From assembly GCA_022842945.1 (NCBI GenBank), contig JALHOO010000002.1, forward strand, positions 25,030-89,029: a stretch of DNA of 64,000 nucleotides, in the 5' to 3' direction. A program made the position numbers and the translations under genes. The notes beneath the pieces are model-generated. The model worked only from the letters and a program-made list of their open reading frames with translations. It was not told where the DNA came from and did not search any database. This DNA is from Minisyncoccota bacterium (lineage in GTDB: Bacteria > Patescibacteriota > Minisyncoccia > Phycocordibacterales > Phycocordibacteraceae). Below are positions 50,052 through 60,901 of this stretch, piece by piece (position 1 is the first letter of the stretch; each line of letters starts with the position of its first letter).

Positions 50052-50083
50052 GGGGCTCCGCAACCGCGGAGCCCTTTCTTTTT
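50052..50083 (+). terminator. Intrinsic terminator
   Basis: GGGCTCCGC-aacc-GCGGAGCCC followed by TTTCTTTTT. Confidence 0.8.
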
Positions 50084-50101
50084 GCGCGCTATACTATTCC
50101 C

Positions 50102-50920
50102 ATGATTGACCTCACCACCCCGAACGCTCGCCGCATGGAGATCCTGGGCGTTGTTATCCTCGTTAGCATCGTTCTCATCTTTACCCTCTGGTACATGGCC
50201 ACACACGAGGCTCCACGGCCCTACACAGGCGCCCCTGAGGTTGCTACAACGACGCCTGAGGCACTTCCCCCGCAAATAGTTGAGGAACACGGCCAGTACT
50301 ACGATATAGAGGCCTCGTACCCAGGAGAAACCCTCATTAAAGCCTCTGCAGGCGCTGAGGCTGACATTGAAGCTGTAGCACTCATGGAGGACTTCGTAGA
50401 GGACACTATCAAGGATTTCAAGACCCAAGGACGTTTCGATACCCTCACCCCTGAGGACATCCAAATAATGGGTCTCTCAGACACCCGCAAGGAGAGCATC
50501 CAGATAACGTACGAAGAGAAAGAAGGACCCAAGACGGTGTCGTACGTATATACCCTCTTCGTTGATACCCTTGGCGCGCACCCCAACGCCTTCTACCGCA
50601 CCTTCACCTTCGATCGCACAACCGGCGAAGAGCTCAAGATAGAAGATCTCTTCATTCCCCGTGCCGCGTACCTTACGCGCCTTTCCGCTATCGCTGAGTT
50701 CGAGCTCTCAAAGTCCCTCGGAGATTTCGTTGATGTAGACTATATCCAACAAGGCACTGCTCCTGAGTCTCAGAACTTCCAGAGCTACAGTATCGAAGGC
50801 AACAACCTCGTACTTATATTCCCACCGTACCAGGTGGCACCCTATGCAGCAGGCACGCAGACAGTGTCCATTCCGCTCTCGCAGCTATCAGAGATTCTGA
50901 AGCCTGAGTACCAGCCATAG
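50102..50920 (+). CDS. DUF4163/DUF3298 (RsiV/PdaC-like) membrane-anchored protein
   Basis: TM; GAHPN, TFD..G.EL..EDLF, FPPYQVAPYAAG; TATACT 6 nt before the ATG. Confidence 0.88.
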   Translation: MIDLTTPNARRMEILGVVILVSIVLIFTLWYMATHEAPRPYTGAPEVATTTPEALPPQIVEEHGQYYDIEASYPGETLIKASAGAEADIEAVALMEDFVEDTIKDFKTQGRFDTLTPEDIQIMGLSDTRKESIQITYEEKEGPKTVSYVYTLFVDTLGAHPNAFYRTFTFDRTTGEELKIEDLFIPRAAYLTRLSAIAEFELSKSLGDFVDVDYIQQGTAPESQNFQSYSIEGNNLVLIFPPYQVAPYAAGTQTVSIPLSQLSEILKPEYQP

Positions 50921-50923
50921 AAC

Positions 50924-50945
50924 AGAGGTCTTTTCGAAGACCTCT
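50924..50945. terminator. Terminator between convergent genes
   Basis: AGAGGTCTT-ttcg-AAGACCTCT. Confidence 0.7.
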
Positions 50946-50948
50946 TTC

Positions 50949-51242
50949 TTACGCCTTCTCTTCAAGCTCTGCTATGCGCCGTTCATGACCGAGCACCGTA
51001 ACCGAGTCCGTATCAATCGCGGCAAGCGCTGAAGTAAGATCGTCCTGTACGTCAGCAATGGAAGCTTTAATCTTCTCTGTATTGCGTTCAAGGGTGCTCA
51101 GGCGAACCTCCACAGAATCGACCCGCTGGTTAACCGTTAAGACCGCATCTTTCACACCGTCTATCTTCTGATTGGTTAGCGCCAGCACCTCAAGCACATC
51201 GTGAAGCGTTGGTTCGAGCTCTGAAGAAGCATCCTTAGACAT
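50949..51242 (-). CDS. Small coiled-coil hypothetical protein
   Basis: Continuous heptads ending HERRIAELE; TATTAT 6 nt before the ATG. Confidence 0.75.
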   Translation of the reverse strand: MSKDASSELEPTLHDVLEVLALTNQKIDGVKDAVLTVNQRVDSVEVRLSTLERNTEKIKASIADVQDDLTSALAAIDTDSVTVLGHERRIAELEEKA

Positions 51243-51274
51243 GGACTAATAATACACCCATCCGGAGGACAAGA

Positions 51275-51302
51275 AGAAAACCCCGCTTTCGCGGGGCTTT
51301 CT
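51275..51302 (-). terminator. Terminator after rplB
   Basis: CCCCGC-tttc-GCGGGG with a U-tract on the minus strand. Confidence 0.75.
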
Positions 51303-51309
51303 CTTGTCT

Positions 51310-52155
51310 TTAGCGCTTCTTTCCAACCTTTCGGCGAGAAACAATAAACTTGTTGGAGTACTTCTTCGGTGTACGGGTCTTCTGTCCCTTTCCGGTTGGC
51401 TTACCCCACATGCTCTTCGCACGACGGAGACCACGTCCCTGCTTACCCTCACCACCTCCATGAGGATGGTCTACCGGGTTCATAGCCGTACCACGAACAG
51501 TTGGGCGGATACCCTTCCATCGGCTCTTTCCAGCCTTTCCGTAGTTCTGGAGGCGCTGCTCCTCGTTACCTACAGCACCAATAGATGCCCATGCAGACTC
51601 GATAACCTTACGGATCTCAGATGATGGCATCTTGATCTGTGCGTATCCAGCGTCATGCGCCACAATCTCAGCGTAGTTTCCAGCAGAGCGTGCAATGCGT
51701 GCACCTGCTCCTGGACGAAGCTCAACGTTGTAGATGAAGGTTCCAGAAGGAATCTTTCCAAGAGGAAGACGGTTACCAGTCTTAATTGGTGCCTTCTCAG
51801 AGACGATGAATGTGTCCCCTACCTTCATGTCCTTAGGAACCGTTACGTAGCGACGCTCTCCGTCTGCGAACACCACGAGTGCGATGAACGCGGTGCGGTA
51901 TGGGTCGTACTCGATAGTCTCAACACGTGCTGGGATGTCGTGCTTGTTGTACTTAAAGTCGACATCACGAAGACGCTTCTTGTGACCTCCACCCTGATGA
52001 CGCGTAGTGATACGTCCCGCATTGTTGCGACCTGCCTGGTTCTTCTTTGAAGAAAGAAGCGCCTTGTGCGGCTTAACGCCCGGAGTCAGTACGCCACGGT
52101 ACGTGACGACGGTCATGCTGCGACGAGATGCGGATGTTGGCTTGAATGACTTCAT
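51310..52155 (-). CDS. rplB: 50S ribosomal protein uL2
   Basis: GRNNAGRIT, IEYDP, RPTVRG.AMNPVDHPHGGGEG. Confidence 0.98.
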   Translation of the reverse strand: MKSFKPTSASRRSMTVVTYRGVLTPGVKPHKALLSSKKNQAGRNNAGRITTRHQGGGHKKRLRDVDFKYNKHDIPARVETIEYDPYRTAFIALVVFADGERRYVTVPKDMKVGDTFIVSEKAPIKTGNRLPLGKIPSGTFIYNVELRPGAGARIARSAGNYAEIVAHDAGYAQIKMPSSEIRKVIESAWASIGAVGNEEQRLQNYGKAGKSRWKGIRPTVRGTAMNPVDHPHGGGEGKQGRGLRRAKSMWGKPTGKGQKTRTPKKYSNKFIVSRRKVGKKR

Positions 52156-52165
52156 ACTAATCAGG

Positions 52166-52543
52166 TTATGCGAAGGTGATGGTATCACCTGCCTTTAGGT
52201 ACACGTATGCCTTGTGGCGACGTGCGCGAGTTCCTACACCGCGGCGAGTGCGGAGCGCCACCTTCTTTGCCGGAAGGTTAACCATACGGACCTTCATAGG
52301 TGTCACCTTGTACGCGTTGATGATCGCGTTCGCCACATCAATCTTGGTTGCTGAAGGAGATACCTCGAAGACGTATACGCCGTTCTCAGAAGAGATAAGT
52401 GCCTTCTCAGAGAACCATGGGCGCTTCAAGACGTTCGCAAGACGCGCGTCGTCAGCTGGAAGAATCCCGCGACCCCAGTTACGGGTCTCAGACTTAGCCT
52501 TCTTGGCCTTAGTTGTCTTCTTGTCGTTAGAGAAAAGTGCCAT
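52166..52543 (-). CDS. rplW: 50S ribosomal protein uL23
   Basis: SEKA, YVFEV..ATK, KAYVYL. Confidence 0.94.
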   Translation of the reverse strand: MALFSNDKKTTKAKKAKSETRNWGRGILPADDARLANVLKRPWFSEKALISSENGVYVFEVSPSATKIDVANAIINAYKVTPMKVRMVNLPAKKVALRTRRGVGTRARRHKAYVYLKAGDTITFA

Positions 52544-52553
52544 ACAAGTAGTG

Positions 52554-53321
52554 TTATGCCTTCTTTGTTAGGCGGCTAGAGAGGATCGGAAGCGCCTCAG
52601 CAGGATTCTCGATAACAAGGAACTTCTTGTTTACGAGATCAACTGGGTTCAAGTTGCGCACCTCCTCAAGCGTAAGGCTTCCGATGTTGCGGAAGGACTT
52701 CTCGCTCGTTGAGTCCTTCTTTGCGAAGGCAAAGACAGCTGCGTTCTTGCGCTTGGTTGCGAGCTCAGACACGTTAGCGCCCTTTGCAACAGCAACGAGC
52801 ATCGCCTTAGCGTCTGCAGTCTTTGGCGTTGCGAATGCGAAGGAATCTACAAAGAGAACCTGTCCGTCACGATGCTTGCGCGAGAGCACCACAGCGAGCG
52901 CTGCAGCACGCATCTTGCGGTTGATCTTAACGGAGTAGTCCTTCTCAGCGCGTGGACCATGAGTCACACCTCCACCCTTCCAAATAGGAGAGCGGGTCGA
53001 TCCGTGACGAGCGCGTCCCGTTCCCTTCTGCTTCCACGGCTTCTTGCCTCCTCCGGATACTTCTCCACGGAACTTGGTGTGTGCCGTTGTTGGGCGAGCG
53101 TTTGCCTGCATACCAACCACCACCTGGTGTACGAGGTCTGAGTTCCACGCGACGTTGAAGAGCTCTGCAGGAAGCGTTACCGATCCAGCGTTCTCTCCCT
53201 TGGCGTTCCAAATAGTTGCCTCTAGAGACACTTCCTTCTTAGCGCTCTTAGGCACGATTACAGCCGCCTCCTTCTTTACAGGAGCCTTCTTTGCGACAGT
53301 GTTCTTTGCAGGGGTAGCCAT
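52554..53321 (-). CDS. rplD: 50S ribosomal protein uL4
   Basis: GGGKKPWKQKGTGRARHGS.RSP. Confidence 0.97.
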   Translation of the reverse strand: MATPAKNTVAKKAPVKKEAAVIVPKSAKKEVSLEATIWNAKGENAGSVTLPAELFNVAWNSDLVHQVVVGMQANARPTTAHTKFRGEVSGGGKKPWKQKGTGRARHGSTRSPIWKGGGVTHGPRAEKDYSVKINRKMRAAALAVVLSRKHRDGQVLFVDSFAFATPKTADAKAMLVAVAKGANVSELATKRKNAAVFAFAKKDSTSEKSFRNIGSLTLEEVRNLNPVDLVNKKFLVIENPAEALPILSSRLTKKA

Positions 53322-53332
53322 AGTACTAAAAA

Positions 53333-53947
53333 TTACATCGAACGAATCTCGACGAGTGCACCAGGAGCTCCTGGAATAGCACCCGAGATGATCATCTCGC
53401 CGGTAGCAGCGTTTACCTTAAGCACCTTAAGGTTCTGTACGGTTACGCGGTCTGAACCCATGCGGCCGGCCATCTTCATGCCCTTAGCCACGCGACCTCC
53501 AGCGCGACCTCCACCACCAATCGAACCCGCCTCACGCTCAGAGTGCTTCTGACCGTGCGAGCGGCGGCCTCCATGGAACCCATGGCGCTTCACCACTCCT
53601 GCGAAGCCCTTACCCTTAGAGGTTGAGGCAACTACAACCACGTCGCCCTCTGCGAAGATGTCCGCAGAAATCTCAGCACCAACCGTAAGGTCAGTTGAGT
53701 CAACGCGGAACTCCTTCATGGCCTTGTATGCCTTGCCCTTGGTGTGGCCGAGCTGAGCCTTATTTACGCGAGCTTCCTTCTGATCCTGGAACGCGACCTG
53801 TACGGCCGAGTACTTATCAGCCCCGTCCGCTGTCTTTACCTGGGTAACGACAACCGGTCCCGCGTTAACCACGGTACCGGCGAACACCTCACCCTTGTCA
53901 TTGAAGACCTGGGTCATGCGTCCTTTGCGGGCGAGAATGAATTTCAT
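53333..53947 (-). CDS. rplC: 50S ribosomal protein uL3
   Basis: MTQVF, SKGKGFAGVVKRHGF, MAGRMG. Confidence 0.97.
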   Translation of the reverse strand: MKFILARKGRMTQVFNDKGEVFAGTVVNAGPVVVTQVKTADGADKYSAVQVAFQDQKEARVNKAQLGHTKGKAYKAMKEFRVDSTDLTVGAEISADIFAEGDVVVVASTSKGKGFAGVVKRHGFHGGRRSHGQKHSEREAGSIGGGGRAGGRVAKGMKMAGRMGSDRVTVQNLKVLKVNAATGEMIISGAIPGAPGALVEIRSM

Positions 53948-54074
53948 AGACAAAAGAAAATCGCGCTTCAACAGCGCGTCGGCCCACAAAGGGGCTTTCG
54001 GCTGGAGGTCCGGGGTCCGAAGACGCCGTACATAGCAACTCAGGGACTATACCTGATTCTATTCCGGGATGCAA
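53948..54074 (-). promoter_or_regulatory. rplC promoter and structured ~90-nt leader
   Basis: TTGCAT-17-TATAGT (54046-54074); GC hairpins such as CGCGCT-gttga-AGCGCG followed by a U-rich stretch before the ATG; no SD. Confidence 0.65.
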
Positions 54075-54126
54075 ATCCTGTGCTAAAGTGCCCTCACCAT
54101 AGCTTCGTATGGAAGGGAGATCTTTT

Positions 54127-54279
54127 ATGAGTGTCCAGGAAACTCAACACCAAGCCGAAACAACGGAAAGCCCTGAGCCGCCCGGATTCAACGAAACCGG
54201 ACCGGCGAGCTACTACGCTCCGGAAGGATTCGGCGACCCTGCCGAGCATTCCTCCGGGTATGCAGACGGCCGCATCTAG
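54127..54279 (+). CDS. Small acidic orphan protein (50 aa, not in the ORF track)
   Basis: MSVQETQHQAETTESPEPPGFNETGPASYYAPEGFGDPAEHSSGYADGRI; SD-like AAGGGAG, TGcTAAAGT promoter, terminator at 54286. Confidence 0.55.
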   Translation: MSVQETQHQAETTESPEPPGFNETGPASYYAPEGFGDPAEHSSGYADGRI

Positions 54280-54285
54280 GAAGCC

Positions 54286-54316
54286 GGGCCCGGCGCAAAT
54301 GCGTGCCGGGCCCTTT
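54286..54316 (+). terminator. Terminator after the small ORF
   Basis: GGGCCCGGCGC..GTGCCGGGCCC followed by TTT. Confidence 0.7.
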
Positions 54317-54349
54317 CGATACAGAAAAGCGCCCCGCAAGGCGGGACGC

Positions 54350-54625
54350 TCATTTCTTCCTCCGCTTCCGATCTGCGGGAGCATCATCAGGAGCGGTCGT
54401 GAATCTTCCTCCGACCTTTTCTCCGGCGATAACAATCCCCTTCTCGTAGCGATATCTCCTCGCCTTCTTGTTCCAGAGCTTGTCCTTGAGCGGAGCCAGC
54501 CTGGTGACTCCCGTTTCCGGAGGTCGTGCGTCATGCATAGCCTTCAGGACTACTCCGACTGCGGCATTGCGTCTGTAGACGCGGAGAGTGCTCTCAAGAG
54601 GCTTGGTCTTAATCCCGTCGACCAT
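54350..54625 (-). CDS. Small basic orphan protein (91 aa)
   Basis: Lys/Arg-rich; GAAAGG upstream; TATGCT promoter; hairpin at 54324-54350 after the stop. Confidence 0.55.
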   Translation of the reverse strand: MVDGIKTKPLESTLRVYRRNAAVGVVLKAMHDARPPETGVTRLAPLKDKLWNKKARRYRYEKGIVIAGEKVGGRFTTAPDDAPADRKRRKK

Positions 54626-54679
54626 GATTCGAACCTTTCAAACAACGAACAGAAGAAGAGCATACACCCGTATACACAA

Positions 54680-54711
54680 AAGCAAAACCGCCCTCTCGGG
54701 CGGTTTTGCTT
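54680..54711 (-). terminator. Terminator after rpsJ
   Basis: AAGCAAAACCGCCC-tctc-GGGCGGTTTTGCTT. Confidence 0.85.
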
Positions 54712-54723
54712 CTCCCTTTCGGG

Positions 54724-55080
54724 TTAGACCATCTTCACATCAATCGTCACGCCTGAAGGCAGGGTGAGGTTCGTGAGAGCCTCGATAACCTTAGGGTTTG
54801 GACTGAGGATGTCGATCAAACGCTTGTGGATGCGCATTTCGAACTGCTCACGTGCGTCCTTGTGGACGAAGGTTGAGCGGTTCACGGTCCAGCGCTTGAT
54901 TTCGGTTGGAAGAGGCACAGGTCCTACGGTCTTCGCATCAAAGCGAGACGCGGTGTCCATGATCTGCTTCACCGAGAGGTCCAGGATCTTGTGCTCGTAG
55001 GCACGAACGCGGATCCGGAGCTTCGGCTCGCTTGGTGCCTCGGCAACCTTCTTGACGGTCTTCTTCGCGGTTGTAGCCAT
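54724..55080 (-). CDS. rpsJ: 30S ribosomal protein uS10 (NusE)
   Basis: GPVPLPT, KDAREQFEMRIHKRLIDI. Confidence 0.97.
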   Translation of the reverse strand: MATTAKKTVKKVAEAPSEPKLRIRVRAYEHKILDLSVKQIMDTASRFDAKTVGPVPLPTEIKRWTVNRSTFVHKDAREQFEMRIHKRLIDILSPNPKVIEALTNLTLPSGVTIDVKMV

Positions 55081-55102
55081 ACGAGTAAGAAGTTAAAGCG
55101 GA

Positions 55103-56308
55103 TTAGGCGACGATCTTTGTGACCACACCAGCACCCACCGTCTTGCCACCCTCGCGAACCGAGAAGCGGAAGTTGTCCTCAAGCGCGATTGGCGCTGTGA
55201 GCTTTACCTTGAAGGTAACGGTGTCGCCTGGCATAACCATCTCCTTTCCTTCTGGAAGCGTAACCTCGCCCGTAACGTCCGTTGTACGAACGTAGAACTG
55301 TGGCTTGTAACCAGAGAAGAATGGGGTGTGGCGGCCTCCCTCGTCCTTGGAGAGGATGTACACCTCAGCCTCGAACTCAGTGTGTGGCTTTACGGAGCCG
55401 AGCTTCGCAAGCACCTGTCCGCGATGGACGTCCTCCTTCTTCGTACCGCGAAGAAGGATACCAGCGTTGTCGCCAGCCTGTCCCTCCTGGAGCTGCTTGT
55501 TGAACATCTCGATACCGGTGACGGTTGTCTTGACCGTGTCCTTAAGACCAACGATCTCGATTTCCTCGCCCACCTTGATAACACCGCGCTCGATGCGTCC
55601 GGTGATAACGGTACCGCGTCCTTCAATCGAGAAGATGTCCTCGATAGGCATGAGGAACGGCTTGTCGAGCTCGCGCTCAGGCTGTGGGAAGTACGTGTCC
55701 ATAGTGTCCACGAGCTCCTTAACCTTAAGTGCCCACTCGTCGTTCGCGTCAGTTGCGTTAAGCGCGCGAAGTCCAGAACCGCGAATGATCGGGGTAGCTG
55801 CACCGTCGTAGCCCTGCTTGGTAAGAAGCTCGCGCATCTCTTCCTCAACGAGGTCGAGCATGTCTACGTCCTCCACCATGTCCGTCTTGTTGAGGAACAC
55901 GATGAGACGTGGAACACCCACCTGCTTTGCAAGGAGAATGTGCTCACGAGTCTGTGGCATCGCACCGTCTGTTGCCGCAACCACGAGTACTGCGCCGTCC
56001 ATCTGGGCAGCTCCCGTAATCATGTTCTTGATGTAGTCGGCGTGGCCTGGAGCGTCGATGTGCGCGTAGTGGCGGTTCGGGCTCTCGTACTCAGAGTGGT
56101 GAAGGGCGATGGTAATACCACGAGCCTTCTCCTCAGGAGCGTTGTCGATGTTGTCGACGTTCTCCGCGCGGGCCTTGTAGCCTGCAGCGGTGTTGAGGTT
56201 GAGCACATTGAGAATACCGGCGGTGAGCGTGGTCTTTCCGTGGTCCACGTGACCGATGGTACCCACGTTCATGTGCGGCTTGCTTCGGTCGAATGCTTCT
56301 GCTGCCAT
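55103..56308 (-). CDS. tuf: Elongation factor Tu
   Basis: [40 protein letters not shown]. Confidence 0.99.
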   Translation of the reverse strand: MAAEAFDRSKPHMNVGTIGHVDHGKTTLTAGILNVLNLNTAAGYKARAENVDNIDNAPEEKARGITIALHHSEYESPNRHYAHIDAPGHADYIKNMITGAAQMDGAVLVVAATDGAMPQTREHILLAKQVGVPRLIVFLNKTDMVEDVDMLDLVEEEMRELLTKQGYDGAATPIIRGSGLRALNATDANDEWALKVKELVDTMDTYFPQPERELDKPFLMPIEDIFSIEGRGTVITGRIERGVIKVGEEIEIVGLKDTVKTTVTGIEMFNKQLQEGQAGDNAGILLRGTKKEDVHRGQVLAKLGSVKPHTEFEAEVYILSKDEGGRHTPFFSGYKPQFYVRTTDVTGEVTLPEGKEMVMPGDTVTFKVKLTAPIALEDNFRFSVREGGKTVGAGVVTKIVA

Positions 56309-56509
56309 ACGATTGGTAGGTTATTGGTAGCTAAAAATAAATTTTTGCCGCCGCGCCTGCCTGTTTGAAGACAGGCGACCAAGGCGAAGGTCGGACTAAC
56401 CCGCGCAACGCCTTTCAGCCATCCCGACCTCCGTAAGGAGAGGAACATTGAAAAGAGCGCCGTATTTCGCGTTACTTCTTAAACTACCGGAGCTGGGGCC
56501 CTCGGTCAA
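56309..56509 (-). promoter_or_regulatory. tuf-rpsJ promoter and ~165-nt structured leader
   Basis: TTGACC-17-TAGTTT (56481-56509); GAGGTCGG/CCGACCTT and GCCTGT/ACAGGC stems; boxA-like GCTCTTTTCAA. Confidence 0.65.
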
Positions 56510-56609
56510 GCGCAAAAGATAGAGGCGACCCTAAGGCCGCCTCCTTTTCCTCCCCCAGAGCCGCTTCAAGGGAGAGCCCACCAGGTCCCTGTTCTCATAG
56601 AGGAGAGCA

Positions 56610-56876
56610 CTAACGACCAGTATGGCCACCACGGTGCGTAGGGGCCATGTGGCGAGTGTCGAACCGAGTGACACGGATTTGCCCGTATTCTGAGCGTTCT
56701 TGGTCATATTCCCCTCCCAGGGTTACCCGTTCATGATAGTCAAAACCGTTCGGATACAAAGACATGAGCCCTGCATCCACGGCGCCGTACCAGGATTCTT
56801 CAGTAGCTACCGCAGGCAGCATATCCAAAGACAGCATAGTGCTCCCAAGAAGGAGATTCTTTCTGGATGTTCTCAT
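56610..56876 (-). CDS. Small orphan protein resembling the N-terminus of an OmpA-type outer-membrane protein (possible remnant)
   Basis: Signal-like LLLGSTMLS..PAVA, then EESWYGAVDAGLM; hairpin at 56522-56543 downstream. Confidence 0.45.
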   Translation of the reverse strand: MRTSRKNLLLGSTMLSLDMLPAVATEESWYGAVDAGLMSLYPNGFDYHERVTLGGEYDQERSEYGQIRVTRFDTRHMAPTHRGGHTGR

Positions 56877-56944
56877 TACAATGCCCTTCGTGTGCGTCTA
56901 CTTGCACGATACGTGACTAACAAAAAACAGCAAACCAGTAGGAG

Positions 56945-57583
56945 CTACTGGAACTTAAAGGACGAAACGATGCGATCGTATACCGCTTCCTGGCCCATGG
57001 CGACGGCAATAGTGTAGACCTGCATATCATGCAGGAATACGCTTGCGCGGGTCTCATTCTCCGCACCTGCCGGATAGTTAGCGACGCGAATCTGTGTCGC
57101 CTTCTCCCCTCCTATCGTGCGGGAAGATTCAGTGATGCGACCTGCTCGATACTCAGTACGAAGCGCATCGAGTGTCTTATCAAGGCTCACATTCACATTC
57201 TCCTTCTCGAAGACTACGGTTGCCAAACAGTCCCCCGTTGAATCCTTAAGCTTCATGCAGATGGTTGTCTGTGGGTCTACAGACGTTGCTGAGGCAATCC
57301 AGTTGTCTGGATACGAGAAGCTAAAGCCGAACTCTGAGTTCTCATAAGTCTGATATGTCTGCGACGCAGGTACTTCCTCTCCAGGAGCGGCCGGGGCTCC
57401 AGGCTCAACTGGCTGGGGACGAATAACCGCGTCAGACGCGCTCTGAGACGCATCACGAAGCGCCGGTACTGAGTCGAGGTACCCATGGTCTGGTGTGCGA
57501 CTCCACCAGTACAAATACGCATATGCGCCCAGGGCAACTACCACGAGCACAGCGAGCATTATCTTCGTTCTTTTGGTGATCAT
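56945..57583 (-). CDS. Membrane-anchored PsbP-like surface protein
   Basis: TM; YQTYENSEFGFSFSYPDNW ... YDRIVSSFKF. Confidence 0.78.
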   Translation of the reverse strand: MITKRTKIMLAVLVVVALGAYAYLYWWSRTPDHGYLDSVPALRDASQSASDAVIRPQPVEPGAPAAPGEEVPASQTYQTYENSEFGFSFSYPDNWIASATSVDPQTTICMKLKDSTGDCLATVVFEKENVNVSLDKTLDALRTEYRAGRITESSRTIGGEKATQIRVANYPAGAENETRASVFLHDMQVYTIAVAMGQEAVYDRIVSSFKFQ

Positions 57584-57649
57584 ATATACGAACCGTAGCA
57601 CAAGAGCCGCCCCAGACGGGACGGCTCTGTGTACAGCACAGCGAATGAA

Positions 57650-59797
<2,148 letters not shown>

Positions 59798-59841
59798 TTT
59801 GTAAGAGATATAAAGTAAAAAGCCGCCTGGGCGTTACCTAC

Positions 59842-59870
59842 AAGATACGTTTTAGAGACCCAAAAGGCAA
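59842..59870 (-). promoter_or_regulatory. fusA promoter
   Basis: TTGCCT-17-TATCTT. Confidence 0.6.
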
Positions 59871-59872
59871 GA

Positions 59873-59900
59873 AAAGGGGTCGCGAGCATGCGACCCCTTT
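59873..59900 (-). terminator. Terminator after the KGG gene
   Basis: AAAGGGGTCGC-gagcat-GCGACCCCTTT. Confidence 0.8.
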
Positions 59901-59917
59901 CACATAGTTCCCGAGAC

Positions 59918-60178
59918 CTACTTCATCGGATGGATGCCGAAGTCGTCCTGGGGCCGAACTGGCTCCGCAGCCGGCTTCTTCCTCCTGGACCCGTGGCTGT
60001 TTTCGCCGCCCTTCCTGCCGGCCTTAGCCGCAAGGGCTCGATCCTGGCTGAACGACCGCTTGTCGCCTGGAACCGATGCGCCGCCCTTGCGAGCGAGCTC
60101 GCGCTGGCGCTCAGGGTCCATCGACGCGAACCCGCGCCGGCTTGTTCCAGGAATCTTCTCTTCAGGCGCGTTGGCCAT
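59918..60178 (-). CDS. KGG-repeat general stress protein (GsiB/YciG-like)
   Basis: RGFASMDPERQRELARKGG..RSFSQDRALAAKAGRKGG; SD GAGGAG; TATACT promoter. Confidence 0.92.
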   Translation of the reverse strand: MANAPEEKIPGTSRRGFASMDPERQRELARKGGASVPGDKRSFSQDRALAAKAGRKGGENSHGSRRKKPAAEPVRPQDDFGIHPMK

Positions 60179-60272
60179 GACCTTCTCCTCCTCTATCCAG
60201 CTTGAGTGCTGGTCTGTGGCCGAGTATACGCCTCAAAGATTAGAGGTAAAGAATAGGGTGCGTCTCTTATGT

Positions 60273-60806
60273 CTACACTTTCTCAAAGTGCTGATAATCC
60301 TTGTAGTTCTCCCTATCACCCAACCATGTCCACCCTCGCTCCTTGAAGAGGGTGACGTTATCGCTATCCGCAAAGAGCGTACCGGGTACTGAAGAATCAT
60401 GTACAGCATGTGGCGGATAAGTATTCCCATTCCGTGCGTGATACGGGTTCTGCAGTGGATTTATATCTATTGCTCTGCCTAACGAATGGTTAGATAGGAC
60501 ATCAGAGTCAACAATGCACCGGTAGTTAAAGGCGGAGGTGTTGTTGTGAGCCATAGAAGCTTCGTCATCCCAGTTATACGCTGCCACGGGAACCATCTTA
60601 TGTATCGGGAACTTCCGTATATAGAGCTCCTCGAACAAAAGACCTACTTCTTTAGCAAGATTGGTATGGATAACGAGCTGTCCCATGCACTTCTCTCCGT
60701 CAAAAGAAACATAGGGCACATCAATAAGCGCGAGCATACCGCGTATCTCAGACGGGATACTGAGTCCGCTAAGCGCTTCATCAAGGGAGGAGAATACCGT
60801 TTCCAT
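60273..60806 (-). CDS. M15-family metallopeptidase (Peptidase_M15_4)
   Basis: NNTSAFNYR, SNHSLGRAIDINPLQNPY, GWTWLG..DYQHFE. Confidence 0.9.
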   Translation of the reverse strand: METVFSSLDEALSGLSIPSEIRGMLALIDVPYVSFDGEKCMGQLVIHTNLAKEVGLLFEELYIRKFPIHKMVPVAAYNWDDEASMAHNNTSAFNYRCIVDSDVLSNHSLGRAIDINPLQNPYHARNGNTYPPHAVHDSSVPGTLFADSDNVTLFKERGWTWLGDRENYKDYQHFEKV

Positions 60807-60865
60807 ATAGATGCTCAATAGATCGAGATAACTATACAGACAAGAAACCAATTTCCTATAAAAAG

Positions 60866-60900
60866 TTTGGACCCGGTCGCTCATGGCGATCGGGTCCAAA
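60866..60900 (-). terminator. Hairpin after the NlpC/P60 gene
   Basis: TTTGGACCCGGTCGC-tcatg-GCGATCGGGTCCAAA. Confidence 0.75.
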
Positions 60901-60901
60901 G

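Noticed and set aside
54131-54727. 198-aa plus-strand ORF and the 146-aa minus-strand ORF at 54094-54534
   Set aside because: They run through terminator hairpins; the two smaller ORFs with promoter, SD and terminator explain the region better
24599-56603. 14-bp inverted match CCTCTATGAGAACA at 24599 and 56590
   Set aside because: Matches of this length are expected by chance in 64 kb; no flanking similarity
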